Of a DNA stretch of 64,000 nt, positions 10,560-21,600 are shown in pieces. The stretch is from the NCBI GenBank assembly GCA_046349935.1, contig JAXMBK010000012.1, positions 77,556 to 141,555 of the forward strand. The letters are read 5' to 3'. How positions within the stretch are numbered: the first letter of the stretch is position 1; every line of letters starts with the position of its first letter. Origin of the DNA: Pirellulales bacterium. Its GTDB lineage: Bacteria > Planctomycetota > Planctomycetia > Pirellulales > Pirellulaceae. The notes beneath the pieces were generated by a model, which was given only the letters and a program-made list of their open reading frames with translations, searched no databases and had not been told where the DNA came from. The translations under genes and the position numbers were made by a program.

Positions 10560-11810
10560 ATGTGTGCAAATGGTCTTGGGACCGCTCCGGCCCGTTTATT
10601 CCTGATGGCGGCGTTCGTTTGGGGCTTGACCGCGTTCGTGCATGACTCGACCATGGCGAACGAGCCGACACTGAGGCCGCCCAAGCTCTACGTCGTGCTG
10701 CTGATTGACACGGACAGCAATTTGGCAGCCGATGTCGCAAAAGACCGCGACAATCTTCAGCGCATCCTCTCCGAGGCCTTTGCAACTCGCCCACACCGTT
10801 TCGAGGTGACCGTCCTGCAGGGCCGCCAAGCGACTCGCGAGCAAGTTCTCGCCACTCTGAACGCACTTCGCGGCAAGGTTCGCGAGAACGATTCCGTCTT
10901 CGTTTACTACTCTGGCCACGGCGCCACGCTCCTCAACGACGGCGGACACGCCCTGACGCTTCACCACGACCAAAGGACCCAGAGTCGTTTCTTGCTGCGA
11001 TCCGAAGTGCTGGAAGCGATGCGTTCGTCGTCGCCTCGACTGAGAGTTTTGCTGACGGACTGTTGCAGCAAAATTCCCGAACAGTTGCGAGGACGCCTAC
11101 TCCCCGCGGCCCCCAAAGCAACTTGGCCTGTCATGGACACGTTGTTCTTTCAACACCAAGGACTCACCGACATCAATGGCTGCCAACCGAACGCCTTTTC
11201 CTGGAGTTATTGGGACGCAGACGGGCCTAAAGGAGGCACTTTCACACTCGCCCTCGTCCCCCTCCTTTGCACGAAGCGAGACGACATCAATCCCGTCTTC
11301 GGCGTCAGCGATGGAATCGTCAACTGGCGTACATTCACGAATCCACTCAAACGCGACACAGATCGACACTATCAGTCACTACGCCAAGCGCTGCTTGCGG
11401 ATCCATTGATCGCCGAGTCCGAAAAGTCGGCAATGCGCGACCAGCTCGAACAAACTCCGGAGGTCTTCTCACTCGCCACGTTGGCCCCGCAACCGATCGT
11501 TGACAATGCGTGGATGCTGGGCATCGAACATACCTCCGCCGTTGAGAACGGCAAACCCGTTGTTTACATCGTTCGAGTTTACCCCAACACGCCGGCGGAG
11601 ACGGCAGGCCTGCGTCAGGGCGACACCGTCGTGTCGATCAACGACATCCGAGTCAACGACCGCGAGCAACTTGCGCGTTTGATCGACTATTCGGACGGTC
11701 GCATTAGGCTGTGCTGCCGTAGAAATGGCGAACAGAAATCGTTCGACATCCCCCTGAAGCCCGTAAAGCCCGCTCCGGTCGCGCCCCCCGCGCCTGCGAT
11801 ATCGCGTTGA
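10560..11810 (+). CDS. caspase-like (C14) domain protein with C-terminal PDZ domain
   Basis: N-terminal hydrophobic segment. YYSGHGA and LLTDCCS dyad contexts. C-terminal PDZ-like block (VYIVRVYPNTPAETAGLRQGDTVVSINDIRV). Confidence 0.75.
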   Translation: MCANGLGTAPARLFLMAAFVWGLTAFVHDSTMANEPTLRPPKLYVVLLIDTDSNLAADVAKDRDNLQRILSEAFATRPHRFEVTVLQGRQATREQVLATLNALRGKVRENDSVFVYYSGHGATLLNDGGHALTLHHDQRTQSRFLLRSEVLEAMRSSSPRLRVLLTDCCSKIPEQLRGRLLPAAPKATWPVMDTLFFQHQGLTDINGCQPNAFSWSYWDADGPKGGTFTLALVPLLCTKRDDINPVFGVSDGIVNWRTFTNPLKRDTDRHYQSLRQALLADPLIAESEKSAMRDQLEQTPEVFSLATLAPQPIVDNAWMLGIEHTSAVENGKPVVYIVRVYPNTPAETAGLRQGDTVVSINDIRVNDREQLARLIDYSDGRIRLCCRRNGEQKSFDIPLKPVKPAPVAPPAPAISR

Positions 11811-11864
11811 GCCACCAAAATCCCTATCGAAGACGTCCCCTTCCTCGTATCGTGGAGCCCATGA

Positions 11865-12464
11865 ATGCGTTCGATCGCTCTCGCCTCTAGCATCGTCTTT
11901 ACGGTCTGTCTCTTAATCACGTCGGAAGCCTCCGCCGTCAATTTTGAGCAAGTTTACTTTCGCGATGACGGCACCGTCCTTCTGCAGATCCATTTCAATG
12001 GCGGCATTACCAAGAGATCCAATGCCTCGTGGGACGCCCGTCGCACCTCGAAAGGTGAACTCTACTACCAGTGTCGATATCGGGCGAAAAATGCTGCGGG
12101 TCAGGTCGTAAATGAGCAAGTCCTGTACTACTTTGTCGATGATCCCGTCGATGGCAACACCGATGCTTCAAACCATTGGGTCTACTGGTACAGCGTAAAG
12201 ACGGAGGTGATTTGGGGGCGATGCCCCACCAAGAATCATCCCAACTATCGTCAATGGCTGGCAGCCAAGGGACCGGACCTGTGGCAGGTAGTTCCCAAAG
12301 CAGCTCGGCCCGCCCTGAAAGGCGAGCTGCGAATCTCCGCTGTCGGGCCGAGATTCGCTCTGGAAGTAATCGGCTTGAATGACGAGACGATGCCGAAGGT
12401 GGAGCCTACGACCGCCAATGATGCGATTTTGTGCATCGACCTTGAGAACGCGATTTTCAGCTGA
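11865..12464 (+). CDS. secreted hypothetical protein
   Basis: Signal peptide MRSIALASSIVFTVCLLITSEASA. No known domain. Confidence 0.45.
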   Translation: MRSIALASSIVFTVCLLITSEASAVNFEQVYFRDDGTVLLQIHFNGGITKRSNASWDARRTSKGELYYQCRYRAKNAAGQVVNEQVLYYFVDDPVDGNTDASNHWVYWYSVKTEVIWGRCPTKNHPNYRQWLAAKGPDLWQVVPKAARPALKGELRISAVGPRFALEVIGLNDETMPKVEPTTANDAILCIDLENAIFS

Positions 12465-12548
12465 GTCTCGCTTCGCGCGCAATTCGACGGCGGACATTTG
12501 TCCGCCGTCGGAGATTGCGTCGCGATTCACCCCTTTGGCCGCCGGTTG

Positions 12549-13508
12549 TTACTCCGCCTTCGTCAGCTCAGCAGTCGGAGTCGGCCCCGACTGCTGCTGC
12601 TGGATGGCCGTCTCAGCAGTCGGCGTCGTTTCAAACTCGATCACCAGCGCCGATTCCTCTTGGGCCGACGTCGTCGTCGGCTCTTTGGATAGGGGCACTT
12701 CTCGCTTCGTCGAAGTCGAAACCGCGTCCACGCCCGTCGGTTGGCCGGCTTGCACCGGGATCTCCTCCAGGAATCGGCGGGCCGCCTCCTGGCTGGCCAG
12801 CGCTGGCGACGTTCCTCGCGATTCATCCGCCATCAGTTCCGCAACGCTGCGAACCGGATTGTCCCGCAACACGCGTTCGTTGACGTTGAACAAGGCGTCG
12901 ACCTGCGCGATGAGTTCCTCCCCGACCGCGGTCAACTCGCGCGACTCGAGCAGCTCACGCTGCGTCCCGATCGCCGCCAGCTGCGTTTCGGTCGCATTGA
13001 GTCGGACCACGATCTCCCGAACGCGCTGGTTCGACTCGTCCTGGATTCGCTGGAGCCGCTGGAGCGACTTCTCGAACCCCTCCGCCTCCGCCAACAACAG
13101 GCTCACTTGCGCCACCGCCTGCTCTTCGGTGTAAGCCGCGTTGCGGACGACGATCGGAAATGCGCTTTGCTGGCGAGCTTCCTGGAACCGCTGGCGAAAC
13201 TCCTCCGTCAGTTTCTGCGCTTGATCCCGCAGCACCAGTTGCTCGCGCACCTTGCCGCTCAGCTGATCGGCGTTTCCCACCAGCTCGAAACGGCACTTTT
13301 TCAGCAGAGCTGCTTCGGCCTTGAGCTTCTGCTCGACGTGCCGCGTGAAGCCCGCTGGATCAGCGCGTCGCGCTTCCTCGGTCCAACCGAACCAATCGCG
13401 GCCTTGCATGGCCACCGTGGTCCGCACAGCCGGCGAAACACGATAGGCGCCCGCAAGCAACGCCATGGCCACCACCGACACTCCCACATGTCCCCAAGAA
13501 ATCTTCAT
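12549..13508 (-). CDS. membrane-anchored coiled-coil hypothetical protein
   Basis: N-terminal TM/signal segment, long heptad-like charged region, Thr/Ser/Pro-rich C-terminus. Confidence 0.45.
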   Translation of the reverse strand: MKISWGHVGVSVVAMALLAGAYRVSPAVRTTVAMQGRDWFGWTEEARRADPAGFTRHVEQKLKAEAALLKKCRFELVGNADQLSGKVREQLVLRDQAQKLTEEFRQRFQEARQQSAFPIVVRNAAYTEEQAVAQVSLLLAEAEGFEKSLQRLQRIQDESNQRVREIVVRLNATETQLAAIGTQRELLESRELTAVGEELIAQVDALFNVNERVLRDNPVRSVAELMADESRGTSPALASQEAARRFLEEIPVQAGQPTGVDAVSTSTKREVPLSKEPTTTSAQEESALVIEFETTPTAETAIQQQQSGPTPTAELTKAE

Positions 13509-13695
13509 CGCCCTGCCCTTTCTAAAACGACGCTTCCCAGAATCAAGACTGGGGCATCGCTCGACGCCCCACTGTCATGGAGAGGCTTTCTCCGCGTCGA
13601 GATTGCGCGCCGCGGAAAGAATCGTCGGATTCGCGGTGGCGGAATGTGACCGTATCGACGGTCAACATGGCTGCGCCGCTTCCAAGAGGAGCAAC

Positions 13696-13728
13696 AAAAA
13701 AAGGCGGACCGACGTTTGTCGGCCCGCC
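13696..13728 (-). terminator. Rho-independent terminator after gene 13750..15138
   Basis: GC-rich hairpin ggcggaccgac/gtcggcccgcc (one mismatch, loop gttt) followed on the minus strand by a 7-T run. Confidence 0.55.
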
Positions 13729-13749
13729 CGCGTGAAGGAAATTCGTTGT

Positions 13750-15138
13750 CTATTTCCGCAGGTACAGCGGCGGACTGGTGTTGTCGATCAGCTCCGGCGT
13801 TTGCGTCGCGCCCGGAAAGCGATCCGCGACGTATTCCGGAACCAGCTTCTTCAGTTGAGCCGCGGCCTCCGTGAGCGAGAGCGGCCCCTGCGATTCGCGA
13901 ATCAGCTGGTCGAGGAACTTGGTCATCACCGAGAGATCGCCTTCCTTGCGGACGAACGAAATCTGGGCGGCGCGCGACGAGACCAAAAGCGCCGTCTCCT
14001 TCTGACCGATGTCCTTGGTGTGCTGCAATTCGCCGTCCAGCATGTCGAGGTCACCCAGCGACTTGACGCCGTCTAGCCCGCGCAGCCCCTTCTCGGCGGT
14101 CGCTTGTCCGCCCGAGTGACACGTGTCGAGCAACAGCACGACTTTCCGTCCATCCAGATGCTGCATCAGCCGGCCAAAGTGATCGTCCAGCAGCACCGAG
14201 TTTCGCAGCGTCTCCGGATTGTTGGTTTGCGCGTCGTAGGTCACCAGGAATTCGTCGAGCCCATCCGTTTCGTCTCCGTTATCATCGGCGCACCGGCCGC
14301 CATGCCCCGACCAATAGATGAAGACCGTGTCGCCCGGACGAGTTCCCTGGGCCAACTTGCCCTGAATGTGTTCGACGATCTTGGCGAGCGTGGCTTGCTC
14401 GTCAAGAAGAAGATGTGCTTCATCCAAGCCGCCGTACATCTTCATCGTCTTGAACATGGTTTCGGCATCGGGGCGGCAGGCGGGAAGCGGCCGAATGGCC
14501 TGGTCTCGGTACTTCGCGAGCCCGATAAACAAGCCCACGCGACGCGGTCCGCGGACGGCAGGAGTGCCGTCTTTTGCAATGGTCGTGAAGTTGACCGAGT
14601 GCTCGGCCCATTTGGCGGGCTTTCGGTCGGCCCCTTCGACAAACGCCGCTTTGATACCCTGGTAATCGACCTCCGTCGCAGCGGCCTTGCGCAACCCCTC
14701 ATTGTCAAACGGCAACCGCTCCTTCGTGACAATCGCCTTAAGTACTTCCTCGCCGAAGGGAGCGCCGATGCGAATCCGAAACGCCGGGGCGTCTGGGGGC
14801 GGAACCAACGTATCTTTGTTGGCCTTAATTTCGTTGTCCGTTTGATACTTGTTCGGAAACAGACACCGCACCGTTCCCTGCGAATCGCGATTGAACAGGT
14901 ACAGGTAGCCATCGGCGCTCGACCGCACCGTCGCCGTCAAGGTTTCGCCCTCTCGATAGATGCGGTTCTCGTGATCGACGCTCACGCGCACCAGAAACGC
15001 CTGATGCGGGTTCTGCACTTCCTCCACGAACAGCCCGCGCGGAACAACTTGCTCTTGGCCGTAGCCCCAGCTGGCGAACGCCAGGATCATCACGCCGGTC
15101 GCCATCTTCCAGGCCCCTTGCTTCCCAACCATTTTCAC
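13750..15138 (-). CDS. caspase family protein with N-terminal DUF4384-like domain
   Basis: Signal peptide. DUF4384-like block (GYLYLFNRDSQGTVRCLFPN). Caspase dyad contexts IYWSGHGG and LLLDTCHSGG. Confidence 0.8.
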   Translation of the reverse strand: MKMVGKQGAWKMATGVMILAFASWGYGQEQVVPRGLFVEEVQNPHQAFLVRVSVDHENRIYREGETLTATVRSSADGYLYLFNRDSQGTVRCLFPNKYQTDNEIKANKDTLVPPPDAPAFRIRIGAPFGEEVLKAIVTKERLPFDNEGLRKAAATEVDYQGIKAAFVEGADRKPAKWAEHSVNFTTIAKDGTPAVRGPRRVGLFIGLAKYRDQAIRPLPACRPDAETMFKTMKMYGGLDEAHLLLDEQATLAKIVEHIQGKLAQGTRPGDTVFIYWSGHGGRCADDNGDETDGLDEFLVTYDAQTNNPETLRNSVLLDDHFGRLMQHLDGRKVVLLLDTCHSGGQATAEKGLRGLDGVKSLGDLDMLDGELQHTKDIGQKETALLVSSRAAQISFVRKEGDLSVMTKFLDQLIRESQGPLSLTEAAAQLKKLVPEYVADRFPGATQTPELIDNTSPPLYLRK

Positions 15139-15195
15139 GCTCCTTTTCCAAACGTTGTTGACTCGTCAGTTTCCAAGTTGTTTTGCTTTACCAAG

Positions 15196-17094
15196 CTAGC
15201 CTGCCGCACCTTCGCGACGCTCGCTCGCCGGTTTCTGTTCCGTTTGCTCCGTTTGCTCGGTTCCCGGCTTGTCGCTGGGTTGCGGCTTCGGAGGTTTCTC
15301 TTTTGTCTGAGACGGCGTCTGCTTGGCGTCGGGCGACTGCTTCGGCTTCGCGGGCGCCGCTGCCCCCACATAGAACGCCACCTCATCCTGAGCGAACTCT
15401 CCCAGGTACGTCTTGGGGTCGAGTCGCCCAAACTCCTCCTGGGAGAGGCGTTCTTCACGCTGGTATTGCGCGACCAGCTGCTGAATTTGTTGAGCTTGCG
15501 ACGGCGGCCAGCGAAACTCTTGTCGTTGAAGCTGCTGTTGCTGCGGTTTCGGCGTCGCTTGCTGCTGCTGCGTCGCGTTCGACGCCAAACCGCTCAAGTG
15601 CAGCGGGCGCGAAGTCACCACCGCCTTGATCCGAGCGACTCCCGCCGGCCCTTCGACGCGAATTGCAAACTCGTCCTTGCCCCCGGGAATCGTGAACTTC
15701 GTCGACGCCTCCACCCGATTGGTCTGCCCCGGCTGCGGATACAGCAGCGCCAACTCGCCTTGTCCATTCAAATACAACAGGTACAGGTAGCCCGCCTTGC
15801 TGCTCGACCCGCGCACCTCCAGCGCCTCGCCGATCTGGTACTCGCCGCCATCGAACCGGTCCACCGTGATGTCCAAGGGGAAGGCGGACGTCTTGTTCGC
15901 CACCAGCCCCAATAGCTCCCAGGCGCTTAGCACCACTGGCTGCTCGGCCGGCGTGGGCGCGGGTCGAGGCGGTGTATTCGGAGTCGACGGGACGGTTCCC
16001 GGAACGGGAGGCGCTGGAGTCGGCGGCGGCGGATTGTCGGGATTGGCCGGCAGCATGGGCGTCGGCGGCATGGGCGTCGGAGGCGTGGGAGTCGGAGGCG
16101 CAGGAGTCGGAGGCGGCGCAGGGGGAGTCGGGGGAGCTGGAGTAGGCGTGGGCGGCGGAGGCGACGTTCCCGCGACCGGGCGACCGACGAACTGACGCAC
16201 CTGCGCATAGTCGATTTCGGGATTCTCCGCCCGTTGTACGGTTGGGAACCACGCAAAGTCGGGATGATCCTTGACGCTCGGCCCATGCCACTTACCCGAT
16301 CCGGCGACGATCTTGTTCCCTCGCAGCTCGAACGTGAACCAGTACGTCTGGCGGCGCACTTTGACCCCGACGTAATCCGGCGTCACGAAGTCGTCGGCGA
16401 ACCAGAGGGTCAATTGGGCCAGTTGCTGGTTGTTTCCTCCATGCGGAGCGTACGTGATCTTGTAAGCGTAAACCGGGAAATTCCAAACTTCCTCTCCCGC
16501 TTCGATATCCAACACCAGCGGCAGACGCTGTTGCTTGATATACAGCTTGAGCAGTTGCCACAGTTGGTCGGGCGCCAGGTCGCCGCGGTCCTCCGATCCG
16601 CGGCCGTCGCCGAAGCGATCGCCGTAGGAGTCGGCTTCATCGTAAGCGTGCGTCAGGGACAGCAACCCCTTCTGATCGCCCACGCCCAGCGGCAGTTGAC
16701 GCCCTCGCCCTTGAGCGACGCGGCTTTGCGCGGGCTCCGGCTCGCGAACCGCCGAGGCGGCCCAAGCATGGCAGTATCCGTGCCAGCGCGGCACCTCCGG
16801 TCCCGGCGGATGTTGCTTTCGTTCCCACGCAGCGGCCGCCTTGCCGGTCAGCTGGTCGTATTTGGCGAGCGGCCCGAGAATCTGGCCTTCGCGGTGCGGC
16901 CACCAATAACCGGACCAGGGCGTCCGATCCACTTGTCCTTGATCTTCGCCGGCGACGAGCGGCGACGCGGCCCCCCATGCGACCAGTCCCACTGCCAACC
17001 CCGCGGCGAGGAGCCGCCAGGTCGGCCGTTTCCCTTGAGTAATGCGTTGGTTCATGATTCTTGCTCTCTCCCTTAGACGGCGGACAGGCCGCAT
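15196..17094 (-). CDS. secreted protein with papain-fold-like Cys motif (GYCHAWA), Pro/Thr-rich linker and DUF4384-like domain
   Basis: Signal/TM segment. WSGYWWP...GYCHAWAASA resembles papain/transglutaminase-like active-site contexts. ~70-aa PT-rich linker. DUF4384-like block (GYLYLLYLNGQGELALLYPQ). Q-rich and K/P-rich tail. Confidence 0.55.
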   Translation of the reverse strand: MRPVRRLRERARIMNQRITQGKRPTWRLLAAGLAVGLVAWGAASPLVAGEDQGQVDRTPWSGYWWPHREGQILGPLAKYDQLTGKAAAAWERKQHPPGPEVPRWHGYCHAWAASAVREPEPAQSRVAQGRGRQLPLGVGDQKGLLSLTHAYDEADSYGDRFGDGRGSEDRGDLAPDQLWQLLKLYIKQQRLPLVLDIEAGEEVWNFPVYAYKITYAPHGGNNQQLAQLTLWFADDFVTPDYVGVKVRRQTYWFTFELRGNKIVAGSGKWHGPSVKDHPDFAWFPTVQRAENPEIDYAQVRQFVGRPVAGTSPPPPTPTPAPPTPPAPPPTPAPPTPTPPTPMPPTPMLPANPDNPPPPTPAPPVPGTVPSTPNTPPRPAPTPAEQPVVLSAWELLGLVANKTSAFPLDITVDRFDGGEYQIGEALEVRGSSSKAGYLYLLYLNGQGELALLYPQPGQTNRVEASTKFTIPGGKDEFAIRVEGPAGVARIKAVVTSRPLHLSGLASNATQQQQATPKPQQQQLQRQEFRWPPSQAQQIQQLVAQYQREERLSQEEFGRLDPKTYLGEFAQDEVAFYVGAAAPAKPKQSPDAKQTPSQTKEKPPKPQPSDKPGTEQTEQTEQKPASERREGAAG

Positions 17095-17098
17095 GAAA

Positions 17099-17932
17099 TT
17101 ACCGGTTCCCCGCAGGTTCGACCTTCACCAAGCGACTCCGCGTCACGCCGTTGTCGGAATAGGCCGGCCACGGCAAGTTGGCTTGCCACAACTGGCGGAC
17201 TTGCCGATTGCGTGTGTTCAACTGCACGTTGGCGATCGGCTCGCGGGTGAGGCTCTTGGAGAACTCTGCATGCAAGAGGCCCTTCACTTGGTCTTCTTGC
17301 GCGCCGCTCACCGATTGTTCAATCGCGTAAGAGAAACTCAGGTCGTCGAACGCCTTCACCCCGGCCGGCCCTGGAATGGCCTCGAACTCGAACGCCTTCG
17401 TCCCCTTGGTGTCGGCCTGCTGAAACACGGGCAGATCCACGGGCAGCAGGACGAGCATCGCCACGACGACGGGGGACGGCTGGCCGGTTGGAAACGCGTA
17501 ACTTTCCGTCATGGTGCGTACTTCGCCTGCAACCGTATGCTGCGTTTGCACCTGCCGTAACGCATAGGAATCGCGGTCGACCCACAGTCGAGTGACCGGC
17601 GCTTGCACCTGGGCGTCCAAGCAGTCGATCTGGACGCGAAAACAGGGCCGCTCCGCCACTTGCTCCTCGCCCTGCACCGTAAAGCGCCACGTGAGCGGCT
17701 TGGCGAGGGGAGCGTCCTTGTCGATCGTTTCCCGACGCTGAACTTGCTGCGTCTGGGTTTCAATCTCCCAGCGGTCGCCCACTTTCCAGCGGGGACGCAG
17801 CTTTTCCACGACCAGTTCCCCGTCACGGGCGGTCGCGGCGTTGGGCTGCTGCGCGAACGACCAGGCCCACCCGCCGGCGACGCTCGCCAGCAGCGTGCCG
17901 CAACACACGAGGTTCACAACGTGTTTTCTCAT
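17099..17932 (-). CDS. secreted hypothetical protein
   Basis: Signal peptide. Same strand as, and contiguous with, 15196..17094 and 13750..15138 (likely operon). Confidence 0.5.
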   Translation of the reverse strand: MRKHVVNLVCCGTLLASVAGGWAWSFAQQPNAATARDGELVVEKLRPRWKVGDRWEIETQTQQVQRRETIDKDAPLAKPLTWRFTVQGEEQVAERPCFRVQIDCLDAQVQAPVTRLWVDRDSYALRQVQTQHTVAGEVRTMTESYAFPTGQPSPVVVAMLVLLPVDLPVFQQADTKGTKAFEFEAIPGPAGVKAFDDLSFSYAIEQSVSGAQEDQVKGLLHAEFSKSLTREPIANVQLNTRNRQVRQLWQANLPWPAYSDNGVTRSRLVKVEPAGNR

Positions 17933-18621
17933 GATGATTTTCCTTCAAGAGATGTCGGTTTCCCGCTGACCAGCCCCACCAGCACGCAAAGCGCACCCCG
18001 CAGAGTGACTGGAATCTTAGGACGGCCCTCCGCAGGCCGCAACGCGGGTCTCACTCGGTGAGAGGGGCGGAGCGAGCCAGGATTGCGCTCGCCGCGCTAG
18101 ACGGTGAACGGGCCCGGCTCGGACTCGAGAATTCTTCGCAACGAGCGCAATTCTCGCCGCGACGTCGCCTCTTACGAGCGATGGCGAGGGAGGGGCCGCG
18201 GTCCTCGTCGTCTGGATAAACCATGCCGCGACCCATGCGCACCCCTTCGACGGAGAATTGAATCATGCAGCGCCGTCTTTTCCACGTCAGTCTCACGACT
18301 CTCGCCCTTGCGAGCGGCAGTCTCACCGCCGCCCTCCTGTTCGCGGGGCCCCGCGAATCTCCGCAGCAACAGCAGGAGTCGGCGGTTCAATTTGAGCAGC
18401 CCAGTTTGCTGCCCAACCAAATGGGCCAACAGCAGCAGCAGCAGCAAGAACATCCGGGCGTCCGGCGGCCGCGACAGCACTCTCAGCAAACGCGGCTTCC
18501 GCAACAACAACTGCCGAAACCCAAACTGCAGCCCCGGCATTTTCAACACCTGCAACATACGCCTATCATGCAAGGCAGTCGTCGCCGGTAACCTTCACCT
18601 CGCCATGGTCGCTGGCTTGCC

Positions 18622-21600
18622 TTGCAACCAGCGACCATGTTCCGACGCGGACCCGTGGTATGTCTGTCGATCGAAAGGAATCTCCCGATGCATCGTGTTG
18701 CCTTTCCAGTTCGCATCATGACCGTCGCCTTGTTGTTGTTGGGCGGCGTCTTGGGATGGAATGGCACCGCCCAGGCGGAAGGGCCGTCGACGCTCGACGT
18801 TCAGCAGGCGATCGGTCGATTCTTGGCCGATAAACGAGACTTTGGCGATAACACGAAGTGGGCCGCATTGCGTCGACGCGTGCGGCTGGAACCGGCGATG
18901 GCTTCGGTGATTGATGGACGAATTCACGTCGCCGCACCGATGCTTTGGAAACTTCCGACCGACGAGTCGTCTCAGGCGGTGCGGGAACTTGAGTTGTTAC
19001 TCGCGGCCGCGCTCGAAAAAGCGGCCGGCTCGGACCGACGATTTCGCGGTCGTCCGGCATTCGATTGGGTTCGAGAAAGTACGATTACGACCGCCCCCCC
19101 GGTGGCCATTCGCCGACTAACTGAGGTCAGCGAAGTCGAGGTAATCAGTGTGATCAACGACTATGTGGAGTCGCTGGACCGCGAGAATCGATGGGAAGCC
19201 GAGGGCCTTGGTCCACTTCAACGCAGCCTGCAGCTGCGCGGGCCAAACCTGGGCGTCAGCGAGGCGCGGTTTTGGGGCGACAAGTTGTCGCTCGGGTGGT
19301 CCGCCCTCGTGCGCGATGAGAGCGTTTGGCCATCCGTCACCCCCGCGGTGCGAGCGGCTGCCGCTCGCGCGGCCAGGGAACGTGCCAACGACCGCGACTG
19401 GGCGACGCTCAACAATTTCAATGATCAAGTTCGAACTACCGCGAACCGCCTCCGCGAACGGTACGCCCCGCTCCTTCAACCACTCGTCATCCGAGCGTTG
19501 ACGACGCACGTTGCCGCTCCAGCCTCCGCCCCGCTCCTCGAAGCGGCATCGCCAGCGAGTCTACAAGTCGACTTGTTTCTCGACATCCCCGCGGAATTGA
19601 GGAGGGTCGAGCGCGCAGGAGCAGTCGCAGCGGCGATGCCCCCTGGCGCCGGCAATCGGCGCATTGTGAACGCGGCCGGCAACGACTCAGCTGGCTACAC
19701 GTTTCGCTTTGTCAAAGCCGAGAAGTTGCGACGACTCTCGGCCGAGCAACAACCTGAGCTGACGCATGTGCGGTTAGAAGAAGCAGCCGACTCGGCATCC
19801 GTGAAGCGAAGAGAGTTTCAGCTCGACCTACAAGGATTCTCCGGCGGTACGCTCTCTGCCCTTGAGTTTTCCCCGGACGGCCGACGTCTCGCTGCCGCCG
19901 GCGACGTGCTCCGTATCTGGGACTTAGAGAAGGGCGTGTTGGAGCGAACGTTGCGAGCCGGCCAGATTACCGAGCGTGCAACGGGTTTTCGCGACATTGC
20001 CTATAGCCCAGATGGAAGACTCTTGTGCGCAGCCATGACCGGGACGAAACACCGGATCTGGGTCTACGAAACAGGCGATCTTTCGCGCGTGAAGTTCGCG
20101 TTGGACGGACATGACGAGGAGGTCGAACACCTGGCGTTCTCCAACGACGGCCGACACTTGGCGACCGCCGATATCCAAGGACGCGTCTTTCTTTGGGATT
20201 GGCCCAAGCGCCGCAAGATTTGGGGCTTCAAGTTCGAACACGCGATCAGCCACCTGAGCGTTTCGGAGTTTGAGGTATTGGCGATTGACAGGACGCTCGA
20301 TTTCTCGCGAATTCCGCTCGATCTGGATGCCCCTGGCGGTTGGTTCGGCGACGAAGACCCGCTCATTACGCTCATCAACAACTCGACTTACCCCGGCGCG
20401 AACGCCAAGCTATTCCCTCGTTCGGTGGCCGTTTCGAAAGACTCGCAGACTTGTTTGATCGGCGGGCGATCGGGCCGCGACGGCCAAAACGACAACTACC
20501 ACTGGTGCGCCGCCTTCACCATGGAACAATCGCGTCGCGGCGAACCGCACTCGTCACAGGCGGCGGTCGACCATCGATACACACTGCTGTGTTGCGCGCT
20601 TTCGACCGACGGACGGCTGTGTGCCAGCGGCGATGCGCTTGGCTTGGTTCAAGTATGGGACCGTAAGTCCAGCTTGATCAAACATCGCTTTGAACCGTTC
20701 GGAAAGGGAAACCTGAGCGTCGACTTCGGCGAGTCGCTTGCGGATTGGCGGCTGGGCCGTGATCGCTACATCGGAGAACAGTGGAAGTACAACCATTGGG
20801 CGCCGTTGCACCTTCAGTTCGACTTTGGCAAGCGTATTCTCTCTTCCGTCTCCGCAACCGAACCGCGCGATGCAAGAATCCGCGATCACCAACGTCTTTC
20901 CTACGACTACGATGCAAACCTCCTGAAAATCTACGAGAACGATCAGCTCCAAACTTCCGTCGACTTCAGCTCGCACGGCGCTAATTGGAAACTGTTCGGC
21001 TACGGGTTTTACCCCGTGCAGGGACTCGAAGCCGGCTATGGCGTCATCGTCTGCTCGGAAGGAGGCGGCGTCTTGTGCCTCGATCCGAAGACGCTCCGCC
21101 CTAAACGCATCTTCATCGGCCACAATAGCCGCGTCTGGAGCGCTGCTGTCTCGCGCGACGCGATGAATGGTAAGCGTCTCATCACTACCGGCTCGGACGG
21201 CGTCATCCATGTCTGGAGCCTCGAGCAGTTTCAGCCGACGTATAATTTGGCCGCGTTGGTCGACGAGGATCGCAAGATCACTTACATCTATCCCGGCACG
21301 TCGACGGCCGAACGGCTGGCGATTGGCGATCGCCTCGTGTCGATCGGCGGTCTGACTCCCATCGAATGGCTGGATAGCGACAAGGCCAAGTTAGCGCCCG
21401 ACGATCCAGTGACCGTGGTCATCGAGCGTAACGAACAAAACTACCGCGTGCCGGTCGTCTTGTCCGAAATGGGCGATCTCACGCGGCCTCTCGTCAGCGC
21501 CGTCCTTTCGGAAGATGGCAGCGAATGGGTGATCTGGACGCGGAGCGGCTACTTCGATTGCTCGCCGCAGGCCGGCCGACTGCTCGGCTGGTTGGAGAGT

